A stretch of 44,832 nt of DNA from Nemertoderma westbladi (lineage: Eukaryota > Animalia > Xenacoelomorpha): NCBI GenBank assembly GCA_032718475.1, contig JAUCBJ010008304.1:1-44832 (forward strand). Reading direction: 5' to 3'. The notes beneath the pieces are model-generated. The model was given only the letters and a program-made list of their open reading frames with translations, was not told the origin of the DNA and searched no databases. Made by a program: the position numbers and the translations under genes. Shown here in pieces: positions 35,201-44,832 of this stretch. The stretch's first letter is position 1. Every line of letters starts with the position of its first letter.

Positions 35201-38200
35201 ACACTAACAATTTTAACTAACTCTAATTTAATACTAACAATTTTAACTAACTCTAATTTAATACTAACAATTTTAACTAACTCTAATTTAATACTAACGA
35301 TTTTAACTAACTCTAATTTAATACTAACGATTTTAACTAACTCTAATTTAATACTAACAATTTTAACTAACTCTAATTTAATACTAACAATTTTAACTAA
35401 CTCTAATTTAATACTGACAATTTTAACTAACTCTAATTTAATACTAACAATTTTAACTAACTCTAATTTAATACTAACAATTTTAACTAACTCTAATTTA
35501 ATACTAACAATTTTAACTAACTCTAATTTAATACTAACAATTTTAACTAACTCTAATTTAATACTAACAATTTTAACTAACTCTAATTTAATACTAACAA
35601 TTTTAACTAACTCTAATTTAATACTAACAATTTTAACTAACTCTAATTTAATACTAACAATTTTAACTAACTCTAATTTAATACTAACAATTTTAACTAA
35701 CTCTAATTTAACACTAACAATTTTAACTAACTCTAATTTAATAATAACAATTTTAACTAACTCTAATTTAATACTAACGATTTTAACTAACACTAATTTA
35801 ATACTAACAATTTTAACTAACTCTAATTTAATACTAACGATTTTAACTAACACTAATTTAATACTAACGATTTTAACTAACACTAATTTAATACTAACAA
35901 TTTTAACTAACACTAATTTAATACTAACAATTTTAACTAACTCTAATTTAATACTAACAATTTTAACTAACTCTAATTTAATACTAACAATTTTAACTAA
36001 CTCTAATTTAATACTAACAATTTTAACTAACTCTAATTTAACACTAACAATTTTAACTAACTCTAATTTAATACTAACAATTTTAACTAACTCTAATTTA
36101 ATACTAACAATTTTAACTAACTCTAATTTAATACTAACGATTTTAACTAACACTAATTTAATACTAACAATTTTAACTAACTCTAATTTAATACTAACAA
36201 TTTTAACTAACTCTAATTTAATACTAACAATTTTAACTAACTCTAATTTAATAATAACAATTTTAACTAACTCTAATTTAATACTAACGATTTTAACTAA
36301 CACTAATTTAATACTAACAATTTTAACTAACTCTAATTTAATACTAACGATTTTAACTAACACTAATTTAATACTAACGATTTTAACTAACACTAATTTA
36401 ATACTAACAATTTTAACTAACACTAATTTAATACTAACAATTTTAACTAACTCTAATTTAATACTAACGATTTTAACTAACACTAATTTAATACTAACAA
36501 TTTTAACTAACTCTAATTTAATACTAACAATTTTAACTAACTCTAATTTAACACTAACAATTTTAACTAACACTAATTTAATACTAACGATTTTAACTAA
36601 CACTAATTTAATACTAACAATTTTAACTAACACTAATTTAATACTAACAATTTTAACTAACTCTAATTTAATACTAACGATTTTAACTAACACTAATTTA
36701 ATACTAACGATTTTAACTAACACTAATTTAATACTAACAATTTTAACTAACTCTAATTTAATACTAACAATTTTAACTAACTCTAATTTAATACTAACAA
36801 TTTTAACTAACTCTAATTTAATACTAACAATTTTAACTAACTCTAATTTAATAGTAACAATTTTAACTAACTCTATTTAATACTAACAATTTTAACTAAC
36901 TCTAATTTAACACTAACAATTTTAACTAACTCTAATTTAATACTAACGATTTTAACTAACACTAATTTAATACTAACGATTTTAACTAACTCTAATTTAA
37001 TACTAACAATTTTAACTAACTCTAATTTAATACTAACAATTTTAACTAACTCTAATTTAACACTAACAATTTTAACTAACTCTAATTTAATACTAACAAT
37101 TTTAACTAACTCTAATTTAATACTAACAATTTTAACTAACTCTAATTTAATACTAACGATTTTAACTAACACTAATTTAATACTAACAATTTTAACTAAC
37201 TCTAATTTAATACTAACAATTTTAACTAACTCTAATTTAATACTAACAATTTTAACTAACTCTAATTTAATACTAACAATTTTAACTAACTCTAATTTAA
37301 TACTAACGATTTTAACTAACACTAATTTAATACTAACGATTTTAACTAACACTAATTTAATACTAACAATTTTAACTAACACTAATTTAATACTAACAAT
37401 TTTAACTAACTCTAATTTAATACTAACAATTTTAACTAACTCTAATTTAATACTAACAATTTTAACTAACACTAATTTAATACTAACAATTTTAACTAAC
37501 TCTAATTTAACACTAACAATTTTAACTAACTCTAATTTAATACTAACGATTTTAACTAACTCTAATTTAACACTAACAATTTTAACTAACACTAATTTAA
37601 TACTAACAATTTTAACTAACTCTAATTTAATACTAACGATTTTAACTAACTCTAATTTAACACTAACAATTTTAACTAACTCTAATTTAATACTAACGAT
37701 TTTAACTAACTCTAATTTAACACTAACAATTTTAACTAACTCTAATTTAATACTAACAATTTTAACTAACTCTAATTTAATACTAACAATTTTAACTAAC
37801 TCTAATTTAACACTAACAATTTTAACTAACTCTAATTTAATACTAACAATTTTAACTAACTCTAATTTAATACTAACAATTTTAACTAACTCTAATTTAA
37901 TACTAACAATTTTAACTAACTCTAATTTAATACTAACAATTTTAACTAACTCTAATTTAATACTAACAATTTTAACTAACTCTAATTTAATACTAACAAT
38001 TTTAACTAACTCTAATTTAACACTAACAATTTTAACTAACTCTAATTTAATACTAACAATTTTAACTAACTCTAATTTAACACTAACAATTTTAACTAAC
38101 TCTAATTTAATACTAACAATTTTAACTAACTCTAATTTAATACTAACAATTTTAACTAACTCTAATTTAATACTAACAATTTTAACTAACTCTAATTTAA

Positions 38201-41200
38201 TACTAACAATTTTAACTAACTCTAATTTAATACTAACAATTTTAACTAACTCTAATTTAATACTAACAATTTTAACTAACTCTAATTTAATACTAACAAT
38301 TTTAACTAACTCTAATTTAATACTAACAATTTTAACTAACTCTAATTTAATACTAACAATTTTAACTAACTCTAATTTAATACTAACAATTTTAACTAAC
38401 TCTAATTTAATACTAACAATTTTAACTAACTCTAATTTAATACTAACAATTTTAACTAACTCTAATTTAATACTAACAATTTTAACTAACTCTAATTTAA
38501 TACTAACAATTTTAACTAACTCTAATTTAATACTAACAATTTTAACTAACTCTAATTTAATACTAACAATTTTAACTAACTCTAATTTAATACTAACAAT
38601 TTTAACTAACTCTAATTTAATACTAACAATTTTAACTAACTCTAATTTAATACTAACAATTTTAACTAACTCTAATTTAATACTAACAATTTTAACTAAC
38701 TCTAATTTAATACTAACAATTTTAACTAACTCTAATTTAATACTAACAATTTTAACTAACTCTAATTTAATACTAACAATTTTAACTAACTCTAATTTAA
38801 TACTAACAATTTTAACTAACTCTAATTTAATACTAACAATTTTAACTAACTCTAATTTAATACTAACAATTTTAACTAACTCTAATTTAATACTAACAAT
38901 TTTAACTAACTCTAATTTAATACTAACAATTTTAACTAACTCTAATTTAATACTAACAATTTTAACTAACTCTAATTTAATACTAACAATTTTAACTAAC
39001 TCTAATTTAATACTAACAATTTTAACTAACTCTAATTTAATACTAACAATTTTAACTAACTCTAATTTAATACTAACAATTTTAACTAACTCTAATTTAA
39101 TACTAACAATTTTAACTAACTCTAATTTAATACTAACAATTTTAACTAACTCTAATTTAATACTAACAATTTTAACTAACTCTAATTTAATACTAACAAT
39201 TTTAACTAACTCTAATTTAATACTAACAATTTTAACTAACTCTAATTTAATACTAACAATTTTAACTAACTCTAATTTAATACTAACAATTTTAACTAAC
39301 TCTAATTTAATACTAACAATTTTAACTAACTCTAATTTAATACTAACAATTTTAACTAACTCTAATTTAATACTAACAATTTTAACTAACTCTAATTTAA
39401 TACTAACAATTTTAACTAACTCTAATTTAATACTAACAATTTTAACTAACTCTAATTTAATACTAACAATTTTAACTAACTCTAATTTAATACTAACAAT
39501 TTTAACTAACTCTAATTTAATACTAACAATTTTAACTAACTCTAATTTAATACTAACAATTTTAACTAACTCTAATTTAATACTAACAATTTTAACTAAC
39601 TCTAATTTAATACTAACAATTTTAACTAACTCTAATTTAATACTAACAATTTTAACTAACTCTAATTTAATACTAACAATTTTAACTAACTCTAATTTAA
39701 TACTAACAATTTTAACTAACTCTAATTTAATACTAACAATTTTAACTAACTCTAATTTAATACTAACAATTTTAACTAACTCTAATTTAATACTAACAAT
39801 TTTAACTAACTCTAATTTAATACTAACAATTTTAACTAACTCTAATTTAATACTAACAATTTTAACTAACTCTAATTTAATACTAACAATTTTAACTAAC
39901 TCTAATTTAATACTAACAATTTTAACTAACTCTAATTTAATACTAACAATTTTAACTAACTCTAATTTAATACTAACAATTTTAACTAACTCTAATTTAA
40001 TACTAACAATTTTAACTAACTCTAATTTAATACTAACAATTTTAACTAACTCTAATTTAATACTAACAATTTTAACTAACTCTAATTTAATACTAACAAT
40101 TTTAACTAACTCTAATTTAATACTAACAATTTTAACTAACTCTAATTTAATACTAACAATTTTAACTAACTCTAATTTAATACTAACAATTTTAACTAAC
40201 TCTAATTTAATACTAACAATTTTAACTAACTCTAATTTAATACTAACAATTTTAACTAACTCTAATTTAATACTAACAATTTTAACTAACTCTAATTTAA
40301 TACTAACAATTTTAACTAACTCTAATTTAATACTAACAATTTTAACTAACTCTAATTTAATACTAACAATTTTAACTAACTCTAATTTAATACTAACAAT
40401 TTTAACTAACTCTAATTTAATACTAACAATTTTAACTAACTCTAATTTAATACTAACAATTTTAACTAACTCTAATTTAATACTAACAATTTTAACTAAC
40501 TCTAATTTAATACTAACAATTTTAACTAACTCTAATTTAATACTAACAATTTTAACTAACTCTAATTTAATACTAACAATTTTAACTAACTCTAATTTAA
40601 TACTAACAATTTTAACTAACTCTAATTTAATACTAACAATTTTAACTAACTCTAATTTAATACTAACAATTTTAACTAACTCTAATTTAATACTAACAAT
40701 TTTAACTAACTCTAATTTAATACTAACAATTTTAACTAACTCTAATTTAATACTAACAATTTTAACTAACTCTAATTTAATACTAACAATTTTAACTAAC
40801 TCTAATTTAATACTAACAATTTTAACTAACTCTAATTTAATACTAACAATTTTAACTAACTCTAATTTAATACTAACAATTTTAACTAACTCTAATTTAA
40901 TACTAACAATTTTAACTAACTCTAATTTAATACTAACAATTTTAACTAACTCTAATTTAATACTAACAATTTTAACTAACTCTAATTTAATACTAACAAT
41001 TTTAACTAACTCTAATTTAATACTAACAATTTTAACTAACTCTAATTTAATACTAACAATTTTAACTAACTCTAATTTAATACTAACAATTTTAACTAAC
41101 TCTAATTTAATACTAACAATTTTAACTAACTCTAATTTAATACTAACAATTTTAACTAACTCTAATTTAATACTAACAATTTTAACTAACTCTAATTTAA

Positions 41201-44200
41201 CACTAACAATTTTAACTAACTCTAATTTAATACTAACAATTTTAACTAACTCTAATTTAATACTAACAATTTTAACTAACTCTAATTTAATACTAACGAT
41301 TTTAACTAACTCTAATTTAATACTAACGATTTTAACTAACTCTAATTTAATACTAACAATTTTAACTAACTCTAATTTAATACTAACAATTTTAACTAAC
41401 TCTAATTTAATACTAACAATTTTAACTAACTCTAATTTAATACTAACAATTTTAACTAACTCTAATTTAATACTAACAATTTTAACTAACTCTAATTTAA
41501 TACTAACAATTTTAACTAACTCTAATTTAACACTAACAATTTTAACTAACTCTAATTTAATACTAACAATTTTAACTAACTCTAATTTAATACTAACAAT
41601 TTTAACTAACTCTAATTTAATACTAACGATTTTAACTAACACTAATTTAATACTAACAATTTTAACTAACTCTAATTTAATACTAACAATTTTAACTAAC
41701 TCTAATTTAATACTAACAATTTTAACTAACTCTAATTTAATAATAACAATTTTAACTAACTCTAATTTAATACTAACGATTTTAACTAACACTAATTTAA
41801 TACTAACAATTTTAACTAACTCTAATTTAATACTAACGATTTTAACTAACACTAATTTAATACTAACGATTTTAACTAACACTAATTTAATACTAACAAT
41901 TTTAACTAACACTAATTTAATACTAACAATTTTAACTAACTCTAATTTAATACTAACGATTTTAACTAACACTAATTTAATACTAACAATTTTAACTAAC
42001 TCTAATTTAATACTAACAATTTTAACTAACTCTAATTTAATACTAACAATTTTAACTAACTCTAATTTAATACTAACAATTTTAACTAACTCTAATTTAA
42101 TACTAACAATTTTAACTAACTCTAATTTAACACTAACAATTTTAACTAACTCTAATTTAATACTAACAATTTTAACTAACTCTAATTTAATACTAACAAT
42201 TTTAACTAACTCTAATTTAATACTAACGATTTTAACTAACTCTAATTTAATACTAACGATTTTAACTAACTCTAATTTAATACTAACAATTTTAACTAAC
42301 TCTAATTTAATACTAACAATTTTAACTAACTCTAATTTAATACTGACAATTTTAACTAACTCTAATTTAATACTAACAATTTTAACTAACTCTAATTTAA
42401 TACTAACAATTTTAACTAACTCTAATTTAATACTAACAATTTTAACTAACTCTAATTTAACACTAACAATTTTAACTAACTCTAATTTAATACTAACAAT
42501 TTTAACTAACTCTAATTTAATACTAACAATTTTAACTAACTCTAATTTAATACTAACGATTTTAACTAACACTAATTTAATACTAACAATTTTAACTAAC
42601 TCTAATTTAATACTAACAATTTTAACTAACTCTAATTTAATACTAACAATTTTAACTAACTCTAATTTAATAATAACAATTTTAACTAACTCTAATTTAA
42701 TACTAACGATTTTAACTAACACTAATTTAATACTAACAATTTTAACTAACTCTAATTTAATACTAACAATTTTAACTAACTCTAACTTAATACTAACAAT
42801 TTTAACTAACTCTAATTTAATACTAACAATTTTAACTAACTCTAATTTAATACTAACAATTTTAACTAACTCTAATTTAATACTAACAATTTTAACTAAC
42901 TCTAATTTAATACTAACAATATTAACTAACTCTAATTTAATAATAACAATTTTAACTAACTCTAATTTAATACTAACAATTTTAACTAACTCTAATTTAA
43001 TACTAACAATTTTAACTAACTCTAATTTAATACTAACAATTTTAACTAACTCTAATTTAATACAAACAATTTTAACTAACTCTAATTTAATACTAACAAT
43101 TTTAACTAACTCTAATTTAATACTAACAATTTTAACTAACTCTAATTTAATACTAACAATTTTAACTAACTCTAATTTAATACTAACAATTTTAACTAAC
43201 TCTAATTTAATACTAACAATTTTAACTAACTCTAATTTAATACTAACAATTTTAACTAACTCTAATTTAATACTAACAATTTTAACTAACTCTAATTTAA
43301 TACTAACAATTTTAACTAACTCTAATTTAATACTAACAATTTTAACTAACTCTAATTTAACACTAACAATTTTAACTAACTCTAATTTAATACTAACAAT
43401 TTTAACTAACTCTAATTTAATACTAACAATTTTAACTAACTCTAATTTAATACTAACGATTTTAACTAACTCTAATTTAATACTAACGATTTTAACTAAC
43501 TCTAATTTAATACTAACAATTTTAACTAACTCTAATTTAATACTAACAATTTTAACTAACTCTAATTTAATACTGACAATTTTAACTAACTCTAATTTAA
43601 TACTAACAATTTTAACTAACTCTAATTTAATACTAACAATTTTAACTAACTCTAATTTAATACTAACAATTTTAACTAACTCTAATTTAACACTAACAAT
43701 TTTAACTAACTCTAATTTAATACTAACAATTTTAACTAACTCTAATTTAATACTAACAATTTTAACTAACTCTAATTTAATACTAACGATTTTAACTAAC
43801 ACTAATTTAATACTAACAATTTTAACTAACTCTAATTTAATACTAACAATTTTAACTAACTCTAATTTAATACTAACAATTTTAACTAACTCTAATTTAA
43901 TAATAACAATTTTAACTAACTCTAATTTAATACTAACGATTTTAACTAACACTAATTTAATACTAACAATTTTAACTAACTCTAATTTAATACTAACGAT
44001 TTTAACTAACACTAATTTAATACTAACGATTTTAACTAACACTAATTTAATACTAACAATTTTAACTAACACTAATTTAATACTAACAATTTTAACTAAC
44101 TCTAATTTAATACTAACGATTTTAACTAACACTAATTTAATACTAACAATTTTAACTAACTCTAATTTAATACTAACAATTTTAACTAACTCTAATTTAA

Positions 44201-44832
44201 TACTAACGATTTTAACTAACACTAATTTAATACTAACGATTTTAACTAACACTAATTTAATACTAACAATTTTAACTAACACTAATTTAATACTAACAAT
44301 TTTAACTAACTCTAATTTAATACTAACGATTTTAACTAACACTAATTTAATACTAACGATTTTAACTAACACTAATTTAATACTAACAATTTTAACTAAC
44401 ACTAATTTAATACTAACAATTTTAACTAACTCTAATTTAATACTAACAATTTTAACTAACTCTAATTTAATACTAACAATTTTAACTAACTCTAATTTAA
44501 TAGTAACAATTTTAACTAACTCTATTTAATACTAACAATTTTAACTAACTCTAATTTAACACTAACAATTTTAACTAACTCTAATTTAATACTAACGATT
44601 TTAACTAACACTAATTTAATACTAACGATTTTAACTAACTCTAATTTAATACTAACAATTTTAACTAACTCTAATTTAATACTAACAATTTTAACTAACT
44701 CTAATTTAACACTAACAATTTTAACTAACTCTAATTTAATACTAACAATTTTAACTAACTCTAATTTAATACTAACAATTTTAACTAACTCTAATTTAAT
44801 ACTAACGATTTTAACTAACACTAATTTAATAC
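32221..44832. repeat. 30-bp satellite (CTCTAATTTAATACTAACAATTTTAACTAA), ~420 copies, runs off the window end
   Basis: Continuous tandem array with recurrent point variants and two 1-bp deletions (~36875, ~44524). Confidence 0.98.

Noticed and set aside
32164-44821. Giant ORFs of 1519 and 2509 aa, (ELVKIVSIKL)n
   Set aside because: They arise from a 30-bp unit lacking a stop in one frame. They have non-ATG starts, are broken by 1-bp deletions and contain no unique domain.
32221-44832. Telomere-like array (three TTAG motifs per unit, strong strand skew)
   Set aside because: The C-rich strand runs 5'->3' toward the right end, the wrong polarity for a right-hand telomere, and there are no TTAGG(G) repeats.

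Overview
AT-rich eukaryotic (animal-like, spliceosomal GT-AG introns) genomic DNA with three minus-strand protein-coding genes. (1) A two-coding-exon ROCO gene, join(4021..4888,361..3554), about 1353 aa, with the architecture WD40 propeller - helical linker - Roc GTPase - COR - two CARD-like death folds. (2) The last five exons of an M1 aminopeptidase N-like gene (ERAP1_C domain; 29659 down to 11583), most of which the ORF track misses. (3) A two-exon sphingomyelin synthase gene nested on the same strand inside the ~10.9 kb intron of that aminopeptidase gene. Non-coding DNA is rich in RTE, CR1 and other LINE fragments, MITEs/foldbacks, tRNA-derived SINE heads and satellites of 20, 15 and 30 bp. 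The 30-bp array is at least 12.6 kb, has higher-order structure and runs off the window end. A 590-bp insertion in an RTE copy has a 12-bp TSD, 218-bp inverted arms and a 3' tail, as in Penelope-like elements. It carries a tRNA-derived Pol III promoter fused directly to a minimal type I hammerhead ribozyme. A second, unrelated insertion of the same architecture lies at 21.5 kb. All calls come from manual reading; no database searches were run.
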